DNA from: Eledone cirrhosa
Lineage: Eukaryota
Assembly: GCA_964016885.1 (NCBI GenBank)
Contig: OZ024747.1
Coordinates: forward strand, 40,548,001 to 40,612,000
Reading direction: 5' to 3'
Length of the DNA: 64,000 nt
Position 1 is the first letter of the stretch. Every line of letters starts with the position of its first letter. The notes under the pieces were generated by a model. That model worked only from the letters and a program-made list of their open reading frames with translations, ran no database searches and had not been told where the DNA came from. Shown one piece after another: positions 11,987 through 25,914 of the stretch. Position numbers and translations under genes: made by a program.

Positions 11987-12604
11987 TATCATCATCATTT
12001 TTACGTCTGCTTTTCCATGCTTGCATGGGTTAGACAGGTCATTCTCAGCACAGCATCCCTCTACTCGTCCTGTTCCTTCATCATCTCTGCCTTCCCATGT
12101 GCATGGACTGAAGCATACATCTGTATGCACCTCGTTACCACTATCCTCCCTCCCCTTCTATACACCTTCCACACCCTAACATGCCACCAACATCTGATCA
12201 CATCAACCTTCTTTCATGCCCTTTCACCCTTGCCCCAGTCCCCATCCCCAATTCACACTGTAAAGCTATGTTGGTATCACAACAAAAAGCATCTAGCCCA
12301 CACTGTAAAGTGGTTGTGTAGGTGTCACGACAAAAAGCACCCGGCTTACATTGTAAAGTTGTTGTGGAGGTATCACTACCAAAAGCACATAGCCCACTAT
12401 GTACATTGATCATGTAGGTGTCACAACAAAAAGCACCCAACACACACTGTCATTGGTTGGCGTTAGGAAGGGCATCCAGTTATAGAAACCAAGCCAGAAA
12501 CAGTCCTGTATGAGAAAGACAGGGTCACCTGACCCGACTTGCCTCAAATAGGACAACCTGTCTAACCCATGCTAGCATGGAAAATAGATGTTAAACGATG
12601 ATGA
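11987..12604. mobile_element. Two RTE-type 3' tails in inverted orientation enclosing ~46-bp tandem repeats
   Basis: catcat...ccatgcttgcatgggttagacagg at the left and its reverse complement ending (GAT)n at the right; about 5 units of cactgtaaagtgg...caaaaagcacc at 12255-12450. Confidence 0.65.
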
Positions 12605-12978
12605 TATATGCATTTGTGTGTGTCTGTAATGAGTGTCTGGTTAAAGAACAAACACAGAATGAAATTATCAGAGGGGACAAACCTTGCAGCTTGGAATTAA
12701 TTTATCAAAAATTACTATTTCAAATATGGGTAAAGGTATAATACATATTTTCAAACATATATCAAGGATACCTGTGACTGTTTAGTGATTGCTGAGCTGC
12801 AACACTATACAGTTTCTAATTACTGTATATTTATCACAGAGTTATAGTGTGATATCACATTGTTGATAAGATTGGAGCCCCTTTTAGTAAAACACTCAAA
12901 AAACTTCCTGTGAGATGCAACCTCATAGGATGCCAGCTAAACCTACATGTGTAAAGCAGCATTATAATACATTTCATA

Positions 12979-13095
12979 ATGAGTTCAAATCCCGCCGAGG
13001 TTGACTTTGCCTTTCATCCTTACGGGGTCGATAAAATAAAGTACCAGTAATGCACTGGGTAATTGCTGGCCTTGTGCCTAAAGTAAAAACAATTA
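12979..13095 (+). mobile_element. Meta-domain tRNA SINE, 5'-truncated
   Basis: gagttcaaatccc B-box plus gcctttcatccttacggggtcgataaaataaagtaccag core. Confidence 0.75.
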
Positions 13096-13920
13096 TAATA
13101 CATTTCATGTATCTGTATCTGTGTTTGCATGAGCACACATGTATGTCATTACATATCCCTAGATATGTGTATGTACCTATGTATTATAACGAGACAGTTA
13201 TAAATTCCTTCTCAAGAGATGCATATTTCATATAAACCTTCATCTTCAAAAATGTCCCCATAACTTTAAAATATATCTATACCATTCATAAATTTCTGCA
13301 TGGAGTATATATAAACACATTCAAGCCCTAGAAAATTACACACCTTATATCAGATAGCACATCAATTTCTTACTTACGCTTCAATAACTGAACACCCTAA
13401 AGAGAGTTTCAGACATGAAATTGTGAGGATAATTTCAGTTAATCCATTTACTATCATTAGAGACATCAAAGGCAAATAAAGTGTTGGAGAAGATATACAT
13501 GAGAATAACATCCAAGCATCATAAGAACATTATAATATTTTACCTCATAAAATGTTTCATTCATAATGTTCCTCTGGTGTTCAGATGTTTTTACTGAAGA
13601 TCTCTTTTCAAACAATTTATGTATGTTTTTTATGTCTCTGATGATACTTAATGGATCTAAAGTTATGTTATGATGGTTTATTGTTTTGTATGCTCAGGTC
13701 TTACTATATGGATTTATTCCCATATATTATAATGTAGCTTATTGAAGATTTTCGTTTTACAATATTCTTTCTTCACATTTCATTCGATGAAAGACTAATT
13801 GAAATATCTTAAATCCCATCATAATTCCTTTATATATATATATATATTATATATATATATATTATATATATATATTATATATATATATATTATATATATA
13901 TATTATATACTATATATATA

Positions 13921-14910
13921 TGTGATACTATTTATCCTGTCATTAAACCCCTTATCCTTTCTGCTCAAGAAATGTGAAGGATACATCATTGGCTCACAGG
14001 AGGACAGAAATACGAACTTAACCCATAATTTCTTTGTGGATGATCTGAAACTCTATGCCTAGAACATGGATGGGATAAAGAAAAATCTTGACCTGGTTAC
14101 AACGTTCTCAAAGGATATAGGAATGGAGTTTGGCCAAGGTAAATGTTCATAAATGACTGTAAAGCAGGGAAAAACAACAACCCAATCTAGTAACATTGCC
14201 ATCAATGGCCTAACTGTTTCACTGATATCTGATGAGGACTGCTACAGATACCTGGGGATGGATGAGAACATATCCTATAATGGTATCTGTAATAAGGAAT
14301 GCATAACCAGGAAATATTACACCTGATTAAGAAAAATATGGTCATCGGAACTCTCTGCGCACAATAAACCAGTGGCTCACAATCTGTTTGCTGTGCCTGT
14401 CCTAACACCAACATTTGGAATACTCGATTGGATGAGCAATTGATGTTAGGACTTGGAAACTTCCATATCAACTGTGACATAGACCGCCTCTACTTGAAAC
14501 GTAAGCATGGAGGCAGAGGCCTAACATCAGTCCAGACAGCATTTGAGTGTTGCATCATATTCCTCCGACAACATTTACGAACCTCGAATCGTAGGAACCC
14601 ATCTCTCAAGCAAGTCTGTCTGCATGAGACAGATAAGATCATGAGAGTTGGGAAGGAACTCCTTGAAAGATATCCCTGTGTGATAATCAAAAGCTCACAC
14701 CCAGGGAAGTTGTCCAGCAGTACCGCAGTGAATCCATGGATGAAAAACTGCTTGCTTATCAGCAATAACATCCATACCTGCACACACATGCATGCATGCA
14801 GACATACTACCTAGTTGATGTTGTGTAAATTCCAATGAGTGAGCCTTGTAACTACGTTAGAAACCAACTCTGTAGTAGCAACAATTTGTGAAATTATAAA
14901 ACGAGAAGAA
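13921..14910 (+). mobile_element. Second, truncated and internally deleted copy of Dong/R4 family A
   Basis: Highly similar to 6841-7705 plus the 3' end 8570-8717; also ends agaagaa-(CATA)n. Confidence 0.9.
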
Positions 14911-14995
14911 CATACATACATACATGCATGCATGCATGCCTGTATCACATCAGTTTAGATTAGGAAATTTAAAGTTCCAAAATTGAAATACATAC

Positions 14996-15203
14996 ACACT
15001 GAAGCTGTTTGCTGCATCTGCAACCACATTGGTAGTTTCGTCAAGAAAGTCATCAATAGTTAATGCATGATTATCAGGAATCGAACAAAGTGTTGTCATT
15101 GACATCTTCTCTAAAGTGCCATCAATTTGACATTCCAAAAGATCTGTCACTCGCTTCACCAAGACCTTGAACCTATCAACAGCTTCTTTTGATTCCTTGA
15201 TGT
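14996..15203 (-). CDS. DNAH5: Dynein heavy chain exon (YIKESKEAVDRFKVLVKRVTDLLECQID...AANSFS)
   Basis: ctcAG acceptor, phase 1. Donor is most likely GTatgt (exon end 14996), with alternative GTs 2 and 4 nt upstream. Confidence 0.85.
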
Positions 15204-18200
15204 CTGAGGATTCAATGAAGACATTTAATACTAAGTTGTATTTATTTATTTATAATCAATGTTTAATTTTTGAAACACTTAAATTTAAGTTAATTATAAA
15301 ATATTTCATATGTATAATGAAAATACTTCATTAATAGAAAGCCTTTGGGAATGATTATAATCATCTCAATGAGCTCTCTCAGATTAAATAAAATGCATGC
15401 TTGGTATATACTTGGGGCAATACAATCGACTGTATTGCTTCTCTTTTCAAATTTTCATAATTAATTGTTTAATAAATACATCAATTATTTTCTTTAGTAG
15501 AATTAAACTCTGCAAGTATTTTTACAGCAGCTCCAGTCAAACTGTAGCCAGTAATACTTACTTCATTAACTCTTGACATCCTGTGATGATTTAGTAAAAG
15601 TTTCCAAGAAAAAGAAAGGTTTGTTAATTCAAATATTTATAGCATCTTTACTAGAGGACAGATTATTATGAAAATCTGTAATAGAGTAAAAACTTAAATG
15701 TTTTATGTGATACAGGACATTAAGTGTTAAACTCAATTTACTCTTGGGTCACAAATAATAGAGGGAGTTGGAATAAGCAGAAGGGTTGGATATTTGCTTA
15801 AATTCTTATAAGCTGGGGGCGGGGTTTGGAATAAACAGGGGTTGGGGAATCAGTAATTGATAGTGTATGTTCGTAAATATGGGTTTTTTTGTCATATATA
15901 ATGTTTTTTAAATGAAATATTAAATAATTCTTAGATTCTCCCACTGCTATATCAATATGAATCATTTACAATAAAATTTTGCCGGAGATAGATTAGCAAA
16001 ATTTAATAAGTAGGGAAAAATCGGAATAATTAATAAGCAGAGGGGGGGGGGGGCATTATTCAAGAGAGTACTCACATGTATCAACATTTATAGATGTCCA
16101 GGTTAGGGATTTGATACCAGGTTCCAAACTATCATATATATCAGTATAGTATGGACCCATCACTGGTGCCAACAGAGATGGTATCTTTCCTTTGATTTGT
16201 TTGAATTCATTAAGTACATCCTGAAACCTTGAGATGAAAATTAATATAAAGATGACAGATAAATTATTAAAATCAAGAAGAAACTTAGGAGAACACTAAT
16301 CAAATCACTGTTTTTACACATGTGTTATATTTCTATTTATATAATCTTCTGGCAAGTATCATAGAGTAGTGGGAAGTTTTACATTAGTCAAGTCTGCAAT
16401 CTGGTTTCTAATCTTGTCAATATATTTATTTTTTATCCTCATGAATTTTGCCATAATTTAATAGCTTTCCTGACATGTTACATGAAAATGAATTTTTGTA
16501 AAAAAAAAAAAGATTTGTATAATGAATTAATAGAAAGTTAAAACAACACAATTGATAACATCTCTATTGGTAGACATTTAACAGAAAAATAGCAAGGAAA
16601 TTGAGTAGTTTTATTATGTTCACCAATATAAGCATTTTGCGTTTCATTCAGTTATTTATAATGGTCAGAGTTCATGGATCTTTTTTGCTGAAGAAAATGA
16701 ACAATTAAGATGAATGACTCAGCTGATAAGCCTCTTATGATCTAAATGGTTTGACTTATAAAGTAAGCATTGACATACAACATTTCTAGAGCATTTTAAA
16801 ATCTGGTGGAACCTAATCCTCTCCATGTCTGAATACAGCAGATTTCTTCCAGAGAAGGATAGAGAGCGAGAGAATGGAAATAAGAAAGAGATGTAGAGGA
16901 CAAATCAACCCCAGTACTTGACTGGTACATGTTCTATTGACCTGGAATGGATGAAAGGCAAAGTTGACCTCAGGAGGATTTGAACGGAGAACCAAAATGA
17001 ATATAGCAAAGCATTCTATCCAACATTCGAATGACTCTGCCAATTCACTTTATATACGACTATATGAGAAAACTATAAAAAAAAGATAGAAATATTTTAA
17101 GTGAATTATTCCATATCTTTCTTTAATTTTACTTTTTGTGATAATTTAAGAAAGAGTTTAGTAAGACCCACTATGTATAGACCCTAGCTGAGATGGAAAC
17201 CCTGACTAGGGTCTCATCAGTATTCAAACACACCTTACCATTAGGCCACCGAGACTGCTTTAAGTAAGTGTATAAGAATAAAATGGAAAATTATAGAAAA
17301 ACTTTAGTTCAACCAAAATACTTCAAGTAACTTATTTTGAAAAGAAACATAAAATGCATCTAGTATACTGGATACTAAGTGGTAGTGCTGGTGTCATGAT
17401 GAAATGCATCAAATACACTCTGCAATGTAGTAGTACTGGTGCCATGATAAAATAAACAGAGTGCGGTATGTAAAGTAGCAGTGCTGGTGTATTAATAAAA
17501 TAGTGTCATGATAAAACGATAAAATGCTCCATGTACAGTCTGTAAAGTGGTTGGTTTCTATGGTCAAATGTCCTTTCTAATGAAAGGGCATTCAACCATA
17601 AAAACCAAGCTAAAATATAGAACATATGAGTAAGAAATGTCTTTCCAAACCATCTAGATCATATCATTTCATCAAACTCATGTGAGCATGGAAGACAGGT
17701 GTAAAATGCTGCTGATGATTATGATGAAACATCATTTTTGCTTTAGATTAGTGCAGTTACCTTCATATCACTGATATTACTTTCCCAATATATCTTTTAT
17801 TATTCCAATTTCTATCATCAGAAACGTCTCAGTAGATTTACAATTTCAATTATTTACATCAGCTTTCCACATTACATAGAACTCAAATCAAAACACTTTC
17901 TTTCAACAGCTTTATTACTAATTTAGAAAGAATTTTAAAAGACCAGTGTGTTTAATGTTTCATAGGAGAGTGCTGAAACCTTATAGCATTTAATTTTATG
18001 TTTGTATCAACCTAACCCTAACCCGAGGTTGATGGCATTTATATATAAAAATATATATATATTTCAACAAAACAAAAGAGGTTTTGCTTCTACAGATTAA
18101 CATTTTCCATGGTAATCATTTAATACATAAAGTATTAAGAATAACTTTTTTAAATACAAACATGATATATTCAAGTATATAGGCAAGTGATTTTCTATAG

Positions 18201-21200
18201 TTTCTGAAATACACTTACATCAATTTGTCTTTCCTATTACTCTGAATGAAGAATGATATGTGATTCATATTTTGGTATGTACAGGATAACACAGATAATT
18301 TCCACCTGTCCAATTTGATCAAGAACAGTAAGCTAAGAAAACACTTGCAAGACATCCAGCTTGCAGTGATGAGCTGAATTTTTTCATAACATCCTTTTAT
18401 ATCCAATAGTAGAATGAACAAGAGAAAGTTAATCTTTGTTGCAACACTGAAAAGTGCTAATTATGTAATATGGAGTGATAACTTGTCATGTTGTGCCTCT
18501 CATACACAAAGTTATGGAAATTAATTTTAAAAAAAATTTAAATACTGAGATACGGTGTTAAAAGAAGGAAAATATTATAAAACCATTAGTGACAATTACG
18601 CTACAATTTACAAGCTTCTGCTTCTGTAAAAAAACAGGAGTGAATTTTCCTACAGCAATATAGCATGACAGGAATAAATAAAAACAAGACTACTGAATTG
18701 AAATGTTCCTTTTGTCTAGATTGTTTTTGTCTTTCTATGAGTTAAGGAAAAGTTGTAACTAAAATGTCAATGATTAGAGTATTAATATTTCATATCAATG
18801 GCAGGTTCAGTTTTCTCAACTCTAAATTGGAACAATATCAAAGTGAAATACAGAATTCAAAATGATAATATTCCCGCAATGCTCAGATCGAATTCTCACT
18901 TCTGATTAAAGTGCAATAAAAAAACAAACATGTCAATCTATCCTTTATGAATATGGAAGATATATTCAAGGAGTCTCACACAAATTCATAAAATGACAGG
19001 ATATTATTTTATTCTATAGAGACTTCAAAGTGTCATAAGTCATTTAACCCTTTTGTTACCATATTTCTAATGTAAGACATTGTCTATGGTTTTCAATTAA
19101 TTTTGAAAATAATCAAGAATTTGAAGAGATTTAGTAAATAATATAACCTTCTCAATGTTAAGATGCTGCTTGGAGTTTTGCTTAAAAGATGTTCTGAGCA
19201 TAAAATTATGATGGGAGGTTTTTGATAAATATAAACCCTTCAAAACAAGCAGTTTTGTATTAGAGAACTAGGAATGGATTCAGACAGCTTGATATCAAAA
19301 AGGTTAAATAAGCTTTTAAAACGTAGGAAAGTCTTATATATGCACATAACTTTTGTTATAATGCTTTAATGATCAAAGCAACCTTAAGATATTTTTATCA
19401 GAAACATGATATTGAGAAAAAAAATCAAGAATTTGATTTGAAGCAATTTAGTCTTCTCAATGTTAAGATGCCATTTGGAGTATAGCTAAACAAATATTCT
19501 AAGCATACAATGATAGAAACATTCATATATTTGTTTCTACTTTTGGCAAAAGGCCAGCAATTACCAGAGTACATTACTGGTTCTTTATTTTATCAACCCC
19601 GTAATGATGAAAGATGAAAGGCAAAGTTAACCTTGGTGGGATTTGAACATTCATATATTACACTGTGGTACCTTTTAAAAACAACATGTTATTTAATATT
19701 GTTGGAGTTGGACCTCTATTAGTTTTGATAATGACTATTCCAGTTGTTCGCACAATGGAACACCTTGTTTATGAAATTAATGTACAAGTAGCTGAGCATT
19801 CCATGGATACATGTACTCTTACCATAAATCTCAGGGTGATTCAGCATGATATGGTGAGCGACAAGCAGAAGCGTATCTAGGGTATGGCACCAATGGCACA
19901 TGTCATGGGTGCCACTTGAAAGGGGGAGCTACCTGAAATAGGAGCTTTTCTATTAAAGTCAGATAAGCTATCTTCAAACATTAAAAAAAGAAACTTCTTC
20001 AGACGTACGATCTGTCTTTGATTATCATGGGTGAGAAACACTATGGTGACTGGATCATTAAACCATTTATATCAATTATTAGGCCCATAAAAAAAATACA
20101 GTGCTGGGAACTACATGATCATAGAGGCATACCTCATAGTATGACTTGTCAAATATTTTAATAGGGTTTTGATATTGGTCAAAGATCAGTATTACACAGA
20201 TCACTCCCTTTAAATACACGAACACTTTTGTCAATACTTTATATATACTTAAGCATAAAGGATACCTGTAGAACAAATGAAAATACAATTTAATACCCTA
20301 AATACTCATTTATTTAAACTGCACTGTCAATCCCATTGTCTAGCAACTACTATATAGCTTGCTGCATGGGCAGGGGTGTAATTTTAATGTTTGTCATAAG
20401 TGCTATTTTCCCTTGTTACATCTTTGACAACAAGGCTAGCCCTTTGAATTACAGGTACAACTCATTTTTTCCAGCTGAATCAACTGGAGCAATCATGAAA
20501 TAAGGTTTTGCTCAAGGACACAACATACAGCCAAGAATTAAACTTATGATCTTACGATCATAAGCTGAACCCACTAAGGCATATGCCTTCACTATTTAAC
20601 ATAAAAGTATTTAAAAAATAACTTACCAGGGCAACAGGATTTTGAGTGAACATTCCTTAGAAACCATATCTTTGGCTTTCTCTGGAACATCTAGCCCCAA
20701 GTACATGATCCATTTAGTTTCCAATATGGCATCAAAAATTTGGATATCAAAATTTACAAACAGTTCATCTTTAGACGGAGCATACATGAGAAGTGGAATG
20801 TGCAGATTTTTTTTTATCTGTACTACGGCTTTATACCAACTTTCATAATAGCAAACCTTCAAAATAAATAAATAATCATAAATAATGTTTTTAAATTTGA
20901 ATTTTCGAGAATCAACTTCTAATGAATATCAGTATTCTAAATATATTTTGGCATGGAATAGAGGCAGATTTAGATGAAGAATTGTTTAATGTATACAATA
21001 GGATTATATATTTACAATATTTACAAAGGTCTCATTCCACAAAGGTCACTTCCATTTTTGTGTGTATGTGCAGTTTATGTTTCATCTATATGTGCACTAT
21101 TTTATGCTGTTTTGCATTTTGTAATTTATATATTGTTTTAGTAGTGCATCAATTATTTTAATTTTAGATTAATGGCAATATAAAACAATTGTGGATTGGC

Positions 21201-23970
21201 AGTATCGGTAGAGGGTCGGACGCCATGCTTTCCAGCATAGTTACGTCCCTTTACGATCTGAGTTCAAATCCCGCCGAGGTTGACTTTGCCTTTCATCCTT
21301 ACGGGGTCGATAAAATAAAGTACCAGTAATGCACTGGGTAATTGCTGGCCTTGTGTCTAAAGTAGAAACAATTATTATATATATATATTAAGGATATAGA
21401 AAATACAGGAACAATATTAGTGCTGATATATTGTTCATTATAGATATTTCACATTACCTCATATGTCTGCAAACATTTTGTTAACTTTTTGTAGTTGGCC
21501 AAAATCCTCTGTCCATCTAGATGCTAAAAAACAAAGAAAAGACAAAAAGACAAAACATAAAACAATTATGAAATTGTTATGAAATACTTCTCCCTAATTC
21601 TTTTATAGCTTTTTAAAATTATGTTCCTTTCTGACAAGACTCATAAACTCTCCTTTCACATCACAGTTAAAGTGAAAAATATATATTTTAAAAGAGAAAG
21701 CCGTTTTATGTTTTCTAATGTACTTTCTATAACCTTTAGATATTGTAAGTATATTGATATCTAATTGCAAATTTGGGGAAAGGTCAACGTTGATTGAATC
21801 AACCTAGTAATTGCCTGGTACTTTAATTTATCAACCTCGGACGGATGTCAGGCAATAATGGACTCAGTAGGATTTGAACACAAAATGGAAAGAGCTAGAA
21901 TAAATACTGCATTGACATTTTAACTGATGCTCTACCAATTCTGCCAGTCCACCACCCTCAACTATAGTGAATATATTGCTAATATTTCTTTGCATTTGTT
22001 TTCATTTATATTACCTACATTATCTCTCTGTGTGTCAAGTTTAGTACAGGTACACCATATCCCTACATAGAATGGTTGAGGCCTGGAAGGGCATCCCTGC
22101 TGGAAACAATTGCATCAAAAAGGAACCCACTGTGAGTGTGGGGGGTATAAATCTAACCCCAACATTAGCAAGGAAAATAACCTCAAAATGCGTGTGTTGT
22201 TGTTGTATGGAAGTTTATATAGGCTCCAGTTCTTATCCAAAAGCCCACTAGAGATTTGAATTCCTGTCCAGATAGCTAGTAGCCCAATAATTTACCCATC
22301 CAGCTATTTACTCTATGCACACATATTTTCTAATCAATTTTAGCAGCTACATATCTCACAGACAAATCAATAACATATTTTCTGATAATCTATTATTTAA
22401 TGCAATAAATTACTTCAGCAAATAATCTACAATCATATTTCCTGACATTTAATGTCTATATAATATCATTGCTATTTAATTTCACTTGCTTTAAACAATA
22501 TGCCTTTATCACTAATATAATACATTTTGATTATTAAAATATGTATTAGCAGGATTAATATTCCAGAATCAGAAGAGAAAGCTAAGAATGATCCAGATTA
22601 CACTTAATATAAAAGAAAGATAGTTTATTAATAGTGCAGATTAAAGCATGCTAGATATTATCAAATATTAACTTAAATGTAAACCAAATAAACCAGGGTG
22701 TGCAATTGTTATGTGTACCTGAGTACATATATTACATGTAACAAAATGATAGAAAAATGCTAAGTGCAAGTGATGCTATAATGCTAAAGATTAGTGTCTA
22801 TAAAGAGATACATTTTGAAAGTTGTGCAAGTAGGAAAAATAAACTGCTTGTATGTGTCAATCAGAAAAATATATACATTAGGAAGATTATATAATAGAAT
22901 TCCAAAAAATAGCAGCATGAGAAAAAGAATATTAAATGCAACAAATGATGCAAATATGGTGGTTAAAAGGTTCACTTCACAGCCATGTGATTTAGTGTTC
23001 TACTCTACTGATGCTCTTACTATTAACTATCTCTGTGCATTTGCCACATAAAAAACTTACCTTTTCTGTTAGACTGCCTACTATCCAATGACACCTCTTG
23101 TGTATCCAGGATTTGCATTGTGTACATCATAGAGTTACTACCTACTCCTTTTCTACATATTGACCAAAGCCACTTTTTTGATGGGATCAGGGTCATGTCT
23201 TCTTTCCTGATTAATCTAATTTTAGTTTTTAGCCTTTAATCCTGTTCTGTTTCCAAAACCAGAATTTATTCTCTACCCCATCAATTGATTTTGTTATAAG
23301 AACCAGGTTGTTGGCATATAGACAACTTGGGCAAATGTCTTCTACTATAACCACGGGCAAACCAATGCCTTGTAAGTGAATTTGTTAGATAGTGAGTGTT
23401 CAAAACCTGTTGTATATCAATCATTATCCTTTTATGCCTGCTTTTTCTGTACTGGCATGGGTTGGAGGGGTTGTTGCAGAAAAAGTTAGTACATATATGT
23501 TATCAATGATACATGTTATTTAGTAAAACTCATACCAGCATGGAAAGCAGATATAAAATGATTATATATATATATATATATTAAATTGTTAAACAATATT
23601 CAATGATTATGTCAAAGAATGAGTTTTACAGTAGATTGGAAGCACTCAATGGAAAAAATAATTTTCTGGAGTTATTAATATTAAAATATAAGTATTAATA
23701 AAATAGATGTTCTTTTGATCAATTACATTTTATACATATTTCAGATGTACAACAGTACGTCCTCATCAGACAAAATATGATACATGACATACCCTGAGAT
23801 GTTAAATGGTTAAGATTTACCTTGATTAAATCTTAACCATTTAACATCTCAGGGTATGTCATATATCATTATATTTTGTCTGATGAAGACGTACTGTTGT
23901 ACATCCGAAATATGTATAATAAAATGTAATTGATCAAAAGAACATCTATTTTATTAATACTTATATTTTA

Positions 23971-24006
<36 letters not shown>

Positions 24007-25876
24007 ATGTATGCCAGGTTTTCACACTGTTTTGTTCTACCAAATATAATTAACAAATGTATTGATCAGCTTGCAGCTATGGTAGAAGACATGTGTCCTT
24101 GTTTGTGAAGCTGGCTGTTCAATGACACAGATATAAAAGAAGATATAGCATCTGTCCTTCCATAAGCTGATACATCCCCAGACAGAAAAATAATTATCTT
24201 CTCAAGATTTCTCAAAAAAACAGCCAATTATTTGAGAAAGTCAATTATTCTAAGAAGATTCAGATCCAACACCCCAAAAGCTATCTAAGAAAAGAAAATT
24301 TAAAAAAAATTATAAATGTTGTAAAAACTATCAATTTGCTTTCTTACTGAAATAACTATTGATTATAAATAAATAAATAAAAATTCTTTGAAATTTAAAA
24401 AAAAAAAAAATAAAGAATATAATATTTTAATAGATAAGTAGAAGAGAAATAATTTTATTTACAACTTGATTGTTTTGAATAAAATTATTTTCAAATTTCA
24501 AGCATAAATTGCATTATTATTAATTTTCCATTTTTATTTAAAAGAAAATGTGTTTGTTTGTTTTTGTCTTTTTTTTTTTTGCTGTTTGTGTTGTTGCTTT
24601 CTTTTTTTTTTTTTTTGTTAATGCATGTAATACACACTTTCAAAAATGAAGAGATTATTGTTGATTGACTGAATTCAAGGATGCTACATATTTTATTAAA
24701 TCAAAAATGCTAAAGGGCATAATTCTGTTTAAATTAAGAAATATAGGACAGTTAAACTAAATAATATTAACCTCTTCAGTGCTGTAAAGGGGATAACTCG
24801 TCCTAACATGTATGCATTCCAGTACCACAAACGAGATAACCTGACATGTTTGAACTCATTTCCAAAAGTTCTTAACTTCAAAGCTAGATGGGGTTACTAG
24901 TTTATTGATGTGACATTTGTTAATCAAAATATTCATTTTACTGTAAAAAACCTGGCACAGCAACTGTAGCTGTGTAAAATATACGGGGCAGTCAACAGAT
25001 TAAACAGATAGTGTAGCTCTTACTCTTGTAATACATGTAGTCATCCTTTAAGAAATAATATATATAATATTTATTTAATTTAAAGATATATAACTACACG
25101 ATATCTCATACATATCTAAGTAGGATGAATAATCAAAAATATCAGAGAGAAAAAGAAAGGAAAAGAGAGGAAGAGAGAGTGAAAGAAAGGAAGAGAGAGA
25201 AAGAAAGGAAGAGAGAGAGAGAAAGAGAGAGAGAGAAATGTATCAAAGACCAACATTAAAAATTAGAAATATATTTTATCTAGTCACACAAAAATGATAA
25301 ATAGAAGCAGTGTTCATGAACCCTTCCAGTATCATCATCATCATTTTACATCCACTTTTCCCTGCTTGCAAGGGTGGGACGGGAACTGATTCTGGCTTGA
25401 TTTCTACAGCTGGATGCCCTTCCTAACACCAACCTCATTTACAGTGAGTGCTGGGTGCTTTTTTGCCGTCGCACCTCCACGACCAATTGCAGTGGAATGA
25501 TAGGGACCCCAGTCCCTATCATCTCATTTCTACAGCTGAGTAAACTGGAGCAATGTGAAATAAAGTGTCTTGCTCAAGGAAACAACACATCACCCAGTCT
25601 GAGAATTGAACTCACAACCTTTCGATTGCAAGGCCAATGCTCTAACCATTAAGCCATGTGCCTCCAGTATATTAATGGTAATTAGTTTATTGAGCTCTAC
25701 AACTTTAGTCAACATATAATAACTGTATAGACATTTTGTCTGTCTATCACACACAAACACGATGATCTTTTTAGAAATCATAGAACACAAATCTAAGACA
25801 AACAAAGGAGGGACAATTGTTGTAAATGTTCTAAAATTCTTTCATTCCTGAAAAGGAACCAGCATTCTGTCAATGG

Positions 25877-25914
<38 letters not shown>

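Noticed and set aside
12255-12450. CRISPR-like spaced repeats
   Set aside because: Degenerate tandem units of an RTE 3' UTR with no unique spacers, in a eukaryotic context.
13378-13396. Possible 19-nt dynein micro-exon (tttag|...|gtaagt)
   Set aside because: Gives a stop with the best upstream donor, and homology is too weak to call.
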